NCBI GenBank assembly: GCA_963704165.1
Contig: CAVPHD010000009.1
Span: forward strand, 96,001-160,000
Source: an uncultured delta proteobacterium
GTDB taxonomy: Bacteria > Myxococcota_A > UBA9160 > SZUA-336
Reading direction: 5' to 3'
Length of the DNA: 64,000 nt
Part shown: positions 54,026-64,000 of the stretch, piece by piece
Numbering within the stretch: the stretch's first letter is position 1
Layout of the letters: each line of letters starts with the position of its first letter
Position numbers and translations under genes: made by a program
The notes under the pieces: generated by a model
What the model was told of the DNA's origin: nothing
The model's input: only the letters and a program-made list of their open reading frames with translations
Databases searched by the model: none

Positions 54026-54751
54026 GTGCCCGTGCGGCGCGTGGCAGCCTGGTTCGTGCATCTCTATACGGCGTCGTCGGCCGTTCTCGGACTGTACGGC
54101 GTCATCGCCTGCTTCCAAGGCCAGTTCCGCCTGGCCATGTACCTGATGATGCTGACCATGGTGATCGACTCGACCGACGGCGCGCTGGCGCGCCTCGTCG
54201 ACGTCCGCAAGCAGATCCCCTGGTTCGACGGGCGTCGGCTGGACGACATCTGCGACTACTTCACCTACGTGCTCCTACCGGCGTGCTTCCTGATCGCCGC
54301 GCAGATGCTGCCGCACTCCACGTGGGTGACGCTGCCCGTGCTCGCGTCCGCCTACGGATTCAGTCAGGACAAGGCGAAGACCGACGACTTCTTCTTCCTC
54401 GGCTGGCCGTCGTACTGGAACGTCGCGGTCATGTACCTGTACCTGATGCAGTCCACGCCCTACACCGTGCTCGGTTGGGTGATCGGGCTCTCGGCCGCGA
54501 TCTTCGTGCCGATGAAGTACATCTATCCGAGTCGTACGCGAATGCTTCGGCCGCTCTCGCTCGCGGTCCTGGCCGCGTGGGTGCTGACCTTCTCCTGGCT
54601 CGCGGTGCGCCCCGACCCGTCGCCGCTCTGGATCTGGATCACGCTCGCCCTCGGCCCCGGCTACTACGTCGGTCTGTCGGCGATTCTGAACGTGCCGCGG
54701 TTCCGCGCGGCGCTCGGTAGCGCCGAGGCGGCCGGCGCACAGCCGCGATAA
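54026..54751 (+). CDS. CDP-alcohol phosphatidyltransferase, phosphatidylcholine synthase-like
   Basis: VHLYTA, DG-x2-AR-x8-P-x3-G-x3-D-x3-[17 protein letters not shown]; multiple TM helices. Confidence 0.8.
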   Translation: MPVRRVAAWFVHLYTASSAVLGLYGVIACFQGQFRLAMYLMMLTMVIDSTDGALARLVDVRKQIPWFDGRRLDDICDYFTYVLLPACFLIAAQMLPHSTWVTLPVLASAYGFSQDKAKTDDFFFLGWPSYWNVAVMYLYLMQSTPYTVLGWVIGLSAAIFVPMKYIYPSRTRMLRPLSLAVLAAWVLTFSWLAVRPDPSPLWIWITLALGPGYYVGLSAILNVPRFRAALGSAEAAGAQPR

Positions 54752-54762
54752 GCTGAGCGGAG

Positions 54763-55720
54763 ATGCCCTTCGAGATCCTGCTAGCGAGTCCACGCGGCTT
54801 CTGCGCCGGCGTCGATCGAGCGATCGAGATCGTCGAGCTTGCACTCGAGGTGTACGGCGAGCCCGTGTACGTGCGCCACGAGATCGTCCACAACCGCCAC
54901 GTCGTCGAGGATCTTCGCAGCCAGGGAGCGATCTTCACCGAGAATCTCGAGGAGGTTCCCGAGGGAAGCCTCTTGATCTTCAGCGCGCACGGGATCTCGC
55001 CGGCGGTGCGGAGCGAGGCCGAGCGCCGGAATCTGCGTACGCTCGACGCCACCTGTCCGCTCGTGACGAAGGTGCACGTCGAGGCGCTGCGCTACGCGCG
55101 CGACGGCTTCGAGATCGTGCTGGTCGGTCATCGCGGCCACGTCGAGGTCGAGGGCACGCTCGGCCACGCGCCCGGGCCGGATGCACCTCGTCGAAACGCT
55201 CGCCGACGCGCAGAAGCTCGAGGTGCGCGACCCGAGCAAGCTCGCCGTTCTGACACAGACCACGCTCTCGGTCGACGACACGCGCGAGATCATCTCGGCG
55301 CTGCGCGCGCGCTTCCCCGGCATCCGTCTGCCGGGCAAGGACGACATCTGCTACGCGACGCAGAACCGCCAGAACGCGGTCAAGGCGTTGACCGAGCGCT
55401 GCGACCTGGTGCTCGTCGTCGGCGCGACGAGCTCGAGCAATTCGAATCGGCTGGTCGAGGTCGCCGCAGCGCGTGGCGCACGCGCGCAGCTGGTCGAGGA
55501 CGCCGAGAGCATCGATCCCGGCTGGCTCGACGGCGCGACCTGCGTCGGGGTCACCGCGGGTGCATCGACGCCCGAGTTCCTCGTCAAGGGCGTGACCGAT
55601 CGGCTCTCGGCGCTCGGCGGCACGAGTGTGGAGTCGCTCGCGATCGTCGATGAAGGGGTGCGCTTCACGCTGCCGCCCGAGCTGAAGCGTGGCGCACGGT
55701 CCACGACCGCTGGCGAGTGA
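54763..55720 (+). CDS. ispH: 4-hydroxy-3-methylbut-2-enyl diphosphate reductase (apparent +1 frameshift near 55176)
   Basis: [19 protein letters not shown]; next frame [30 protein letters not shown]. Confidence 0.95.
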
Positions 55721-57165
55721 CCGCTCCGCTCGACGCGCTCGTTGCCGATCTCCTGCGCGGCAAGGCCACGCCCGACGCGTTCGAAGCGCTCGGCGTGCCG
55801 GAGCCCGTCCTCACACGAACGCGCGTGACCGAGGCCATCGCGGACGAGGACCTCGCCCCGGCGCGCGAGCGCTGGCTGCCCGAGCTCCTGCTATCGGCGC
55901 GGCCGGGCTACGGAGCCCAGTGCCTCGCGGAGCTCGCGCACCGCTACCGCGGGACCCGCGGTCGTCCGCTCGATCTGGCCGGCATGCCCGCGCTACCGCG
56001 TCTGCTCGGCTCGAGCGACTTCCTCGCGCGCCTGCTGCTTCGCCACCCGCACTGGAGCGAAGAGCTCGTCGGCGATCCGCCCGGCGCGCCCGAAACCGGG
56101 CCGATCGAGTCCGACTGGACCGCAATCCGGATCGCGAAGTACAAGGGATTGCTCCGCATCGCCGCGCGCGACGTCGTCGGGCGACCCTTCGAGCAAAGCC
56201 TCGACGAGCTTTCGGTGCTCGCCGACCGCTGCCTCGAGGCCGCCCTCTCCGCCGCTTCCCGCGAGGCCGAGACTGCCGCGCCGGCACTCTTCGCGCTCGG
56301 CAAGCTCGGTGGCTCGGAGCTGAACTTCTCGTCCGACGTCGACCTCCTCTTCCTCTACGAAGCGTCCGGGGACGAACCCGACATGGAGCGGCACGCCTCC
56401 GTTGCCCGCCTCGTGCAGCTCTTCAAGAAGCACTTGGAACTGCCGAGCGAGGATGGCTTCGGATACCGAGTCGATCTCGAGCTTCGTCCCGAAGGGCGAG
56501 GTGGCGTGATCGCGAACCCGGTGGATGCCGCGCTCGGCTACTACGAGAGCTTCGGTGCGGATTGGGAACGGCAGATGCTGATCCGGCTCCGGCACGTCGC
56601 GGGTCCGCGCGCGACGGCGGAGGCCTTCGAACTCGGAGTGACGCCGTTCGTCTGGCGTCGGTCGGTCGGACCCGCGGCGATCCGGGGCGTGCGCGCGATG
56701 AAGCGCCGGATCGAGGACGAGCGGCTCGAGGCCGGACGGGACCTCGAAGCCGACCTCAAGGAGGGACCGGGCGGAATCCGCGACGTCGAGTTCCTGGTCC
56801 AGGCGTTCCAGATCTTCTTCGGAGGCCGTGAACCGGGTCTGCGCACCGGAAACGTCCTGCGCGGGCTCGCGGCTCTCGCTCGGCTCGGGCTCTTGCCCGG
56901 CGAGGTCACCGACGGACTTCGCGACGCGTATCTCTGGCTTCGTCGCGCCGAGCACTGCGTCCAGATGGTCGATGAACGCCAGACCCAGGCTTTTCCGCGC
57001 GAGCTCTTCGCGCAGCTCGGGCTCGCGCGCCGCATGGGCTATGCCGAGCCGGACGGGCGCCGAGCGCGCGAGGCACTGCTCGACGACTGGACGCGCGTGC
57101 GGACCGAGGTCCGCCGGCACTTCGAGAATCTCGTGCTCGAAAGCGTGAGCGCCGATGAACCTTGA
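55717..57165 (+). CDS. GlnE-like nucleotidyltransferase, first half
   Basis: LGKLGGSELNFSSDVDL, YRVDLELRPEG, WERQMLIR, LKEGPGGIRDVEF, LRRAEH. Confidence 0.88.
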   Translation: MTAPLDALVADLLRGKATPDAFEALGVPEPVLTRTRVTEAIADEDLAPARERWLPELLLSARPGYGAQCLAELAHRYRGTRGRPLDLAGMPALPRLLGSSDFLARLLLRHPHWSEELVGDPPGAPETGPIESDWTAIRIAKYKGLLRIAARDVVGRPFEQSLDELSVLADRCLEAALSAASREAETAAPALFALGKLGGSELNFSSDVDLLFLYEASGDEPDMERHASVARLVQLFKKHLELPSEDGFGYRVDLELRPEGRGGVIANPVDAALGYYESFGADWERQMLIRLRHVAGPRATAEAFELGVTPFVWRRSVGPAAIRGVRAMKRRIEDERLEAGRDLEADLKEGPGGIRDVEFLVQAFQIFFGGREPGLRTGNVLRGLAALARLGLLPGEVTDGLRDAYLWLRRAEHCVQMVDERQTQAFPRELFAQLGLARRMGYAEPDGRRAREALLDDWTRVRTEVRRHFENLVLESVSADEP

Positions 57166-58465
57166 AGCAAAGCTCGAAGCCGCGCTCGGCGCGTCACCGC
57201 TTCGCGCGACGCTGGCGATTGCCGCCGCGCCGCTGATTGAACGGCGCGGTGCCGACCCGATCTGGGATCGCTTCGACGATCGCCAGCTCTCCGGACTGGC
57301 GCGCGCGATCGCGGGGCATCCGGCCTGGGGACGCTATCTCGCCCATCGCCCCGAGCTGCTGGTGCGGATCTCGGGCGCGGAGCCCGGTGCACTTCGCACG
57401 CGCGGGGCCGAGCTCGACGCGTCCGCGCCCCACGATCCCGGAGCGGGCCTCGAGGACTTCCTCGACACGCTGCGCCTGGTCCGACGCGACGAGATGCTCT
57501 TCGCGGCGTGCCTGCAGCTCGGTGGCCTCGCCGACTTCGACGAGGTCTCGACCTTCCTCTCCCTCGTCGCCGAGAACTGCATGTGCCGCGCGCTCGCACC
57601 CGCGGAAGGACGCGCAACCGACGGCGCCGCGCTGGCAATTCTCGGCATGGGCAAGCTCGCCGGCCGGGAATTCACCTACCACTCCGATCTCGACGTGATC
57701 TTCCTGTACCGCGACGAGCTGCCCGACGCGCTGCAACCTTCACGGATCGCGCAGCGCTGGATCAGCTACGTCTCGACCATGACCGGGGCGGGCTACGCGT
57801 ACCAGGTGGACTCGCGCCTGCGCCCGTCGGGTCAGCAGGGCTCGCTCGTGACCACGCACGAGGCCTTCGCGCGCTATCAGGTCGAGCAAGCGGCGACGTG
57901 GGAGCACCTGGCGCTGCTCCGCTCGCGCGCCATCGCGGGTGATCTCGAGCGCGCACAGCGAACCCTCACGGAGACGCGCGAGCGAATCGTGCGCGAAGCG
58001 GAGAACCCCTGGCCGTACGTCGCGGACATGCGCAAGCGGGTGGTCGAGGAACGCGGCGCCGAGGACGAGAAGAAGGCCGCGCTGAAGGCCGGTCGCGGTG
58101 GTGTGATGGACGTCGAGTTCCTGGCGTCGGGCGCCATGCTCGAGCGCGGCTTGCAGATCACCGGCTCGGCGCTTCCGTCGGTGCCGGCGATGCTGCGCGC
58201 GGCGAGTCCGGGTGCGCCGACCGAGGGGCTGCTCGGCGACTACGCGCTGCTGCGCGAGATCGAGGCGTGCGCGCGCTGGCAGGCCGGACGCGCGGTCGAG
58301 ACGCTTCCGATTCAAGGGGAGACGGCGGAGCTCGTCGCAGACCTCGTCCGCCCGGGCGAATGCGCAGGCGAACTCGGTGCGCGCGTCGCCGCGGCACGAG
58401 CGCGGATCGCGAGCGCGTTCGAGCGCGTCTGCACGAGCGGCACGGTGGATGCGCTTTCGGGCTAG
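57155..58465 (+). CDS. GlnE-like nucleotidyltransferase, second half
   Basis: MGKLAGREFTYHSDLDV, YQVDSRLRPSGQQG, WEHLALLRSR, KAGRGGVMDVEF. Confidence 0.88.
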   Translation: MNLEAKLEAALGASPLRATLAIAAAPLIERRGADPIWDRFDDRQLSGLARAIAGHPAWGRYLAHRPELLVRISGAEPGALRTRGAELDASAPHDPGAGLEDFLDTLRLVRRDEMLFAACLQLGGLADFDEVSTFLSLVAENCMCRALAPAEGRATDGAALAILGMGKLAGREFTYHSDLDVIFLYRDELPDALQPSRIAQRWISYVSTMTGAGYAYQVDSRLRPSGQQGSLVTTHEAFARYQVEQAATWEHLALLRSRAIAGDLERAQRTLTETRERIVREAENPWPYVADMRKRVVEERGAEDEKKAALKAGRGGVMDVEFLASGAMLERGLQITGSALPSVPAMLRAASPGAPTEGLLGDYALLREIEACARWQAGRAVETLPIQGETAELVADLVRPGECAGELGARVAAARARIASAFERVCTSGTVDALSG

Positions 58466-58469
58466 CGCC

Positions 58470-58850
58470 TCAGCCCGCGAAGAGCGCTCCGATCAAGCCG
58501 CCAACGAGCAGCACGCAATTCGCGACGAAGCCGATCAGAAAACCCGGTCCGCGCTTCTCCGGATCCGCGACGTAGCCCTGGACGTAGAGCGCCCGGCCGA
58601 CGATGAAGCCGAGGCCGAGCAACGCACCCCAGCCGGCGCTCACGTGCATTCCGAAGAGCCAGAGCGCGGGCAGGAAGACGACCAGCTGCTCGAGCGTGTT
58701 CTGGTGCACACGGAAGGTCCGCTCGAAGACCTCGTGGCCGGTGGTCGCCGGCGCCTTGATCCCGTACTTTCCCCGCGCTCGTCCGACCAGCATCGAGATG
58801 CCGACGTATTCGAGGAGGGCGAGCGCAGTCACGATCGCGAGGTAGTCCAT
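58470..58850 (-). CDS. MAPEG family membrane protein
   Basis: VGRARGKYGIKAPA, FERTFRVHQNTLEQ, GRALY, KRGPGF. Confidence 0.9.
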   Translation of the reverse strand: MDYLAIVTALALLEYVGISMLVGRARGKYGIKAPATTGHEVFERTFRVHQNTLEQLVVFLPALWLFGMHVSAGWGALLGLGFIVGRALYVQGYVADPEKRGPGFLIGFVANCVLLVGGLIGALFAG

Positions 58851-58911
58851 GGTTCCTCCGAGAAGTCGATCGACTTCGTTGCGGCGATACTAGCGTGATT
58901 CGAGGAAGCAC

Positions 58912-59904
58912 ATGCGCCTGCTCGTGACAGGCGGGGCGGGATACGTCGGTGGCTTCACGGCCCGACACCTCACGGCGTCGGGTCACGAGGTCCGCGTGAT
59001 CGATGATCTCTCGGCCGGCCATCGCGAGGCGGCCCCGCCCGGGGCGCTGACCGTCTGCGGGATCGACGAACGCGAGCGGATCGCATCGCTGATCCGCGAG
59101 AACCGCATCGAAGCGGTGCTGCACTTCGCGGCGTTCACATCGGTCGCGGACTCGGTTCGCAAACCCGAGGCCTACTGGCGGAACAACGTCGCGGGAACGC
59201 TCGCGCTGCTCGAGGCGATGCGCGACGGCGGCGCGGACCAGATCGTGTTCTCGAGCACGGCCGCGGTCTTCGGCGAGACGGCCGAGATGCCGCTGGCGGA
59301 GACGGCCTCGCTCGCGCCCGCAAGCCCCTATGCGACGACCAAGCTCGCCGTCGAACGCATGCTCGCCGACTTCGCGCGCGCGCACGGACTGCGCCACGCG
59401 TCGCTTCGCTACTTCAACGCCGCCGGCGCCAGCGCCGACGGAGCGCACGGGGAAGACCACGATCCCGAGACCCACCTCGTGCCGATCGTGCTCCAGACCC
59501 TTCTCGGCCTGCGCTCCGGCCTGACGGTGTACGGGGAGGACTTTGCGACACCGGACGGCACCTGCATTCGGGACTACGTCCACGTCGAGGACCTCGCCGA
59601 CGCGCACGGACGCGCGCTCGAGTGGACCTCGCGCGCGCCGGCGGGAGCGGGTGAGGCGATCAACCTGGGAACGGGTACGGGACACTCGGTCCTCGAGGTG
59701 ATCCGCGCGGCCGAGCGCGTGACCGGAAAGCGCGTCCCCTTCGAGATCGGAACTCGACGCCCGGGAGACACGGCAACACTCGTCGCCGGTCGCGAGCGGG
59801 CCGAACGCGTGCTCGGCTGGGTGCCCCGCGCACGACTCGACGAGATCCTGGTCAGCGCGTGGGAGTGGCATCGCAGGAATCCAGGTGGCTACACGAGCCG
59901 GTGA
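58912..59904 (+). CDS. galE: UDP-glucose 4-epimerase
   Basis: [42 protein letters not shown]. Confidence 0.93.
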   Translation: MRLLVTGGAGYVGGFTARHLTASGHEVRVIDDLSAGHREAAPPGALTVCGIDERERIASLIRENRIEAVLHFAAFTSVADSVRKPEAYWRNNVAGTLALLEAMRDGGADQIVFSSTAAVFGETAEMPLAETASLAPASPYATTKLAVERMLADFARAHGLRHASLRYFNAAGASADGAHGEDHDPETHLVPIVLQTLLGLRSGLTVYGEDFATPDGTCIRDYVHVEDLADAHGRALEWTSRAPAGAGEAINLGTGTGHSVLEVIRAAERVTGKRVPFEIGTRRPGDTATLVAGRERAERVLGWVPRARLDEILVSAWEWHRRNPGGYTSR

Positions 59905-60802
59905 CGGAGCACAGGTCGCCGTAGGCTGGATCGGCACCGGCGTGATGGGTTCCGCGATGTGCGATCACCTGCTCAGAGCGGGGCTTCCCGTCACCGTCCA
60001 CTCGCGCACGCGCGCGAAGGCCGAGGACCTGCTCTCGCGGGGCGCGGACTGGGCCGACTCGCCGGCAGAAGTCGCCTCCCGAAGCGACGTGATCTTCTCG
60101 ATCGTCGGCTTTCCCGCAGACGTGCGCGAGGTCGTGCTCGGCCCGAACGGCGTGCTTGGCCGCGTCCGACCCGGCGCGATCGTGATCGACATGACGACGA
60201 GCGAGCCGAGCCTGGCACGCGAGATCGACGCGGCCGCACGCGCGCACGGCGCGGAGGCGCTCGACGCGCCGGTCTCGGGCGGAGACGTCGGGGCGCGAGC
60301 GGCCACGCTCTCGATCATGGTCGGCGGCGGGGCCTCGACCTTCGAGCGAGCCCGACCCCTGCTCGAGCGCCTGGGCAGGACGATCGTGTACCAGGGTCCG
60401 GCGGGCGCGGGGCAACACACCAAGATGGTCAACCAGATGCTGATCGCTTCGAACATGGTCGGTGTCTGCGAGGCGCTGCTCTACGCACAGCGCGCGGGAC
60501 TCGATCCGCTGCGGGTGATCGCGTCGGTCGGCAGCGGTGCGGCTTCCTCGTGGGGGATCCTGCAGCTCGGCCCGAAGGTCGCCGCGCGCGACTTCGCGCC
60601 GGGCTTCTACGTCGAGCACTTCCTGAAGGACATGGACATCGCACTGCGCGAAGGCCGGCGAATGGGCCTCGCCCTGCCGGGGCTCGAGCTGGCCGAGCGA
60701 CTGTACCGCGAGGTCGCCGCCCTCGGACACGGCCGCAGCGGCACGCAGGCCCTGATCCTGGCGCTCGAGCGACTGGCTCAGAGTGGCGCGAGCGACTTGT
60801 AG
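59885..60802 (+). CDS. Beta-hydroxyacid dehydrogenase family (3-hydroxyisobutyrate / tartronate semialdehyde reductase-like)
   Basis: [37 protein letters not shown]. Confidence 0.9.
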   Translation: MATRAGDGAQVAVGWIGTGVMGSAMCDHLLRAGLPVTVHSRTRAKAEDLLSRGADWADSPAEVASRSDVIFSIVGFPADVREVVLGPNGVLGRVRPGAIVIDMTTSEPSLAREIDAAARAHGAEALDAPVSGGDVGARAATLSIMVGGGASTFERARPLLERLGRTIVYQGPAGAGQHTKMVNQMLIASNMVGVCEALLYAQRAGLDPLRVIASVGSGAASSWGILQLGPKVAARDFAPGFYVEHFLKDMDIALREGRRMGLALPGLELAERLYREVAALGHGRSGTQALILALERLAQSGASDL

Positions 60803-61263
60803 CCACCTCGGAAGTAGACCAGCGGCTCGTGCGCGCCGCCGCTGGATGCGGCCTCGACGATCGCGATGTAGACGATGTGGTCGCCAGCGTCGATCTCGTC
60901 GCGCACGCGACAGTCGAGCGCGGAGAGCGCGCCCGGTAGCCGCGGACAACCCGTCGCGCCGAGCGCGCAATCGAGTCCGTCGAAGCGGACGGATTCGCGC
61001 CTCTTGTCGGCGAAGAGGTTCGAGAGCGCGCTCTGCCCGCTCGACAGGACGTTGACCGTGAAGACGCGCGACTTCTGAATCAGCGCGTTCGTGTTCGAGC
61101 TCTTGTCCGCACAGACCAGCACGAGCGGGGGTGAGAGGCTCACCGACGAGAACGCCGACACCGTCATGCCCAGACGCTCGGACTCGAACTGCGAGGTCAC
61201 GATCGTGACTCCGCTCGCCCAGCCGCCGAGCGTCTGCCGAAACGTCTCCGGATCGACGGGCAT
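60778..61263 (-). CDS. Flavin reductase family protein
   Basis: [46 protein letters not shown]. Confidence 0.92.
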   Translation of the reverse strand: MPVDPETFRQTLGGWASGVTIVTSQFESERLGMTVSAFSSVSLSPPLVLVCADKSSNTNALIQKSRVFTVNVLSSGQSALSNLFADKRRESVRFDGLDCALGATGCPRLPGALSALDCRVRDEIDAGDHIVYIAIVEAASSGGAHEPLVYFRGGYKSLAPL

Positions 61264-61271
61264 GGCCGCTC

Positions 61272-62093
61272 CTACTGGACCTGAATCATCTTGACGTCGG
61301 TGAACTTCACGCGGCCGGAACTCCCGGTGGAGCCTCCGATCGGCACCTTGCCCGTCGGCGTCTCGACCGCGCCGTTGGGCGACGAGATCTCCGTGCCGTA
61401 GAACAGCACCGCCGCGAGCGGAACACCGCCGGACTCGGAGGGCGCGCGGAGCTTCCACGCCACCTTCACCGTCGAGAATGTTCCCGCCGTCGGGTCGGAA
61501 GCGATGCCGTAGACGTTCACGTAGCTGGTGCCGGGCCGAAGTCCGGGGTTGCGGCCGTCGGTGAACTTCGACTGCGCGGCGCCGTCCGGTCCGGTGACCA
61601 CGGGTTTCGCGGTCACTCGCCATCCCGCGGCGGTCGCGGAGCTCGACTGCCAGCGCTGGTTCGAATCGACGAGCGCGACGCCGAGAACCGGTGCCGAACC
61701 GCCCGTGACCTCGACGGAGACCTCGATCACCTCACCGGCCTTCACGGTCGCGGGAGCAATGAGGGTGATCCGCGTCGCGGCGTCGATCTTCTGGACGCCC
61801 TCGATCAGCGCCTGCCGCTGCTCGGCGCTCAACCCCTTGTAGGGCGAGCCGTCGCCCGCGCTCCGGATCTTCGCGAGGTGTTTGTTCGTGATCATCTCCG
61901 CGCTGACACGCGGCGCCGGAACGTTCTCGAGCTGGTCTTCCGACACCGAGGAGTGGCACGACGCGCAGTACGGCGCGACGTCGGTGACGTACCCCGGCGT
62001 CCCGCCCGGATAGGCATGCGTGACGGAAGCCGGTAGCACGAGACCGGTGAACAGGATGGAACGCAAGAGAGCGACGAGCGGTTTGCGGTTCAT
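61272..62093 (-). CDS. Exported protein with one CxxCH motif (putative monoheme c-type cytochrome)
   Basis: Signal-peptide-like N-terminus, CASCH near the mature N-terminus, beta-rich C-terminal region. Confidence 0.65.
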   Translation of the reverse strand: MNRKPLVALLRSILFTGLVLPASVTHAYPGGTPGYVTDVAPYCASCHSSVSEDQLENVPAPRVSAEMITNKHLAKIRSAGDGSPYKGLSAEQRQALIEGVQKIDAATRITLIAPATVKAGEVIEVSVEVTGGSAPVLGVALVDSNQRWQSSSATAAGWRVTAKPVVTGPDGAAQSKFTDGRNPGLRPGTSYVNVYGIASDPTAGTFSTVKVAWKLRAPSESGGVPLAAVLFYGTEISSPNGAVETPTGKVPIGGSTGSSGRVKFTDVKMIQVQ

Positions 62094-62096
62094 CGG

Positions 62097-62648
62097 TCAG
62101 AACTCCTCATGGCAGTTTCGGCACACCGCGACGAGCGGCTCGGTCTCGAGGAAATCGAGTCTCGCCTCGAGGCCCTTCGGATGCGCGCGATGGCACTGTA
62201 CACAGTCGAATTCGAACGCGGGAAGATTGTGTACCTCGAAGGCGTGAAACGCGTCGTCGCGCGCGGGCGCATGCGCGTCGTGACACTGGGTGCAGTCCTC
62301 GTTCCAGAGCGGGTGCTGCATGACCTTCGGCTCCTGGAAGCGGCCGAGGAGGTATCGGGCCGCATCGCGGGCCGCCACGGATTTGACGCGGAGCCGGTTC
62401 ACGAAGCTCACGCCGCCGTGGCAGTCGATGCAGCGGAAGTCGTCCTGCGCGGCGAGATGCCCGGACGCGAGACTCGTCGCGGGGCTCTCGGCAAAGTCGG
62501 CGGACTTCTGCCGGTGGAGCGGCGTCTCCGCATCGAGATGACAGCTCACGCAGAACTCGTTCTGCGCCTCGAAGTGGTCGCTGATCGTCCAGGCGGCCGG
62601 TGCGCTCGCGAGGGCCGCGAGCAGGGCTATCCAGATCCAGCTTCGCAC
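62097..62648 (-). CDS. Membrane-anchored pentaheme c-type cytochrome (NapC/NirT/NrfH-like N-terminal region)
   Basis: N-terminal TM helix; CVSCH, CIDCH, CTQCH, CVQCH, CRNCH; GTG start inferred. Confidence 0.85.
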   Translation of the reverse strand: MRSWIWIALLAALASAPAAWTISDHFEAQNEFCVSCHLDAETPLHRQKSADFAESPATSLASGHLAAQDDFRCIDCHGGVSFVNRLRVKSVAARDAARYLLGRFQEPKVMQHPLWNEDCTQCHDAHAPARDDAFHAFEVHNLPAFEFDCVQCHRAHPKGLEARLDFLETEPLVAVCRNCHEEF

Positions 62649-63946
62649 GCGGATGCCATCGTACGCTTCGTTTCGCGCGACTGCACTCGGACCAGCAACA
62701 GGTCGGCGACGTTGGTCTCCGTCGGCCCGGTGTGGAACAGGTCGCCCGTGGCCGCGAGCAGCGGATGGACGTCGCTGTTCGCGAGACTCGCACGCGGCTC
62801 GAATCCAACGGCTCGCGCGCGCGCCAGCGTCTCGGCATCCGCGAACGCGCCCGCGGCTTCGGTCGGGCCGTCGCTGCCGTCGGTACCCGCACAGAGCGCG
62901 GACCACCCAGACTCACCGACGAGCGCGAGTGACAGGCGCACGGCGAGCTCCTGTGCGCGCCCTCCCCGGCCGGATCCGCGCACCGCGACGGTCGGCTCCC
63001 CCCCGGCGATCAAAAGGTCGATGCCCTCGGCGCGCGCGCGAAGCACCTCGGCCGCGAGGTGCGGTGCGAGATCGACGACGTCGCGGTCGAGCGCGCGTCC
63101 GAGCGACCGCACGTGCAGACCTCGGCCGCGCGCCGCGCGCGAGACGGCTTCGAGCGCGGCGTCGAGGGATGCGATGACCCGACCCTCGACCCGTGCCTCG
63201 AGTGGATCCCCCGGCTTGAGCGTCTCCTCGAGCTCACCTGCGGCACCGCGTTCGAGGCGCGCGCGGACCGCCCGTGGGAGCTCGGCTTCGATTCCGTGCG
63301 CTCGCACGACCGCGAGCGCGTCACCGAAACGCGTCGGGTCGGAGCTCGCGGGTCCGGAGCCGATCTCGGAGAGGGAGTCGCCCGGCACGTCGGAGACCGC
63401 ATACACGCGAACGCGTCGGCCGGCGGCCGCTCGCAGCAGTCCGCCGCCCTTCAAGGACGAGACGTGCTTGCGGACGGCGTTGAGCTCACCGATCGCCACG
63501 CTCGAACGCAGCAGCGTCTGCGTGAGCGCGCGCTTGTCGCCGATGGTGACGCCCGTCGGCGGCGCGCACCAGAGCGAGGACGCGCCGCCGGAAACGAGCA
63601 CGATCAGCTCCTCGGCTCCCGAGAGCGATCCCGCGCGAGCCAGCGCATCGCGCCCCGCCGCTTCGCTTCGAGCGTCCGGGAGCGGATGTGAGGCCTCGCG
63701 AACGTCGAAGCCGCGCACGTCGCGCGCGTACCCGTCCTTCGTCGTCACCGCACCGCGCACGACGCGCGCGCCGAGCGCCCCGCGTACCGCCTCCGCCATC
63801 GCACACGCGGCCTTTCCGGCAGCGAGCACGACGAACGGACCCTGCCCCGGATCGTCGGACGCGAGGGTGCGGGAGAGCGCCCGCCCCGCATGCACCTCGT
63901 CGAGCGCCACGCGGTGGAGATCGACGAGCAGCGCGCGCGCGCTCAC
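62627..63946 (-). CDS. Glycerate kinase type 2 (MOFRL family)
   Basis: AGKAACAM, ASHPLPD, VSGGASSL, KGGGL, SDVPGD, GGRAQE, GTDGSDGPT, TGPTETNVAD. Confidence 0.92.
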   Translation of the reverse strand: MSARALLVDLHRVALDEVHAGRALSRTLASDDPGQGPFVVLAAGKAACAMAEAVRGALGARVVRGAVTTKDGYARDVRGFDVREASHPLPDARSEAAGRDALARAGSLSGAEELIVLVSGGASSLWCAPPTGVTIGDKRALTQTLLRSSVAIGELNAVRKHVSSLKGGGLLRAAAGRRVRVYAVSDVPGDSLSEIGSGPASSDPTRFGDALAVVRAHGIEAELPRAVRARLERGAAGELEETLKPGDPLEARVEGRVIASLDAALEAVSRAARGRGLHVRSLGRALDRDVVDLAPHLAAEVLRARAEGIDLLIAGGEPTVAVRGSGRGGRAQELAVRLSLALVGESGWSALCAGTDGSDGPTEAAGAFADAETLARARAVGFEPRASLANSDVHPLLAATGDLFHTGPTETNVADLLLVRVQSRETKRTMASACEAGSG

Positions 63947-64000
63947 TCCGCTCCGAGCGGCGCGAGCACGATCTCGATGCGGCGATTGCGCGCGCGGCCC
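63943..64000 (-). CDS. 3' end of an OmpA/MotB-family protein (truncated by the window edge)
   Basis: Translates GRARNRRIEIVLAPLGAE*, the typical OmpA_C terminal motif. Confidence 0.7.
   Translation of the reverse strand, partial: GRARNRRIEIVLAPLGAE

Overview
High-GC bacterial core-genome window. A Myxococcota/deltaproteobacterial affiliation is inferred from gene order and protein style, not from a database search. Positions ~1-39,700 form one long minus-strand block: rlmB, tRNA-Thr/Tyr/Gly/Thr, tuf, tRNA-Trp, secE-nusG-rplKAJL-rpoBC, str, S10/spc/alpha, then tlpA-like, ftsB-like, argS, SPOR, rfbD, a UDP-GlcA decarboxylase, lepA and lepB. The right part holds tRNA-Cys and an intron-split tRNA-Leu(UAA), a 2-oxoacid dehydrogenase/lipoate cluster flanked by complex I Q-module genes (nuoB on one side, nuoI-C-D on the other), pcs-ispH-split glnE, and a pair of c-type cytochrome genes. 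Most notable: (1) a 262-nt group I intron in tRNA-Leu(UAA) at position 33/34, one base 5' of the classic cyanobacterial site; (2) rplC (L3) is absent and rpsJ runs into an N-terminally short rplD; (3) nuoB/I/C/D occur without N-module or membrane-arm genes around the PDH cluster; (4) nine single-base indels in six housekeeping genes, most reading as two synonymous codons merged, which suggests a mixed-strain consensus artefact; (5) both tuf copies have G/T-ending codon usage unlike their neighbours. No CRISPR array, transposase or integrase was seen.
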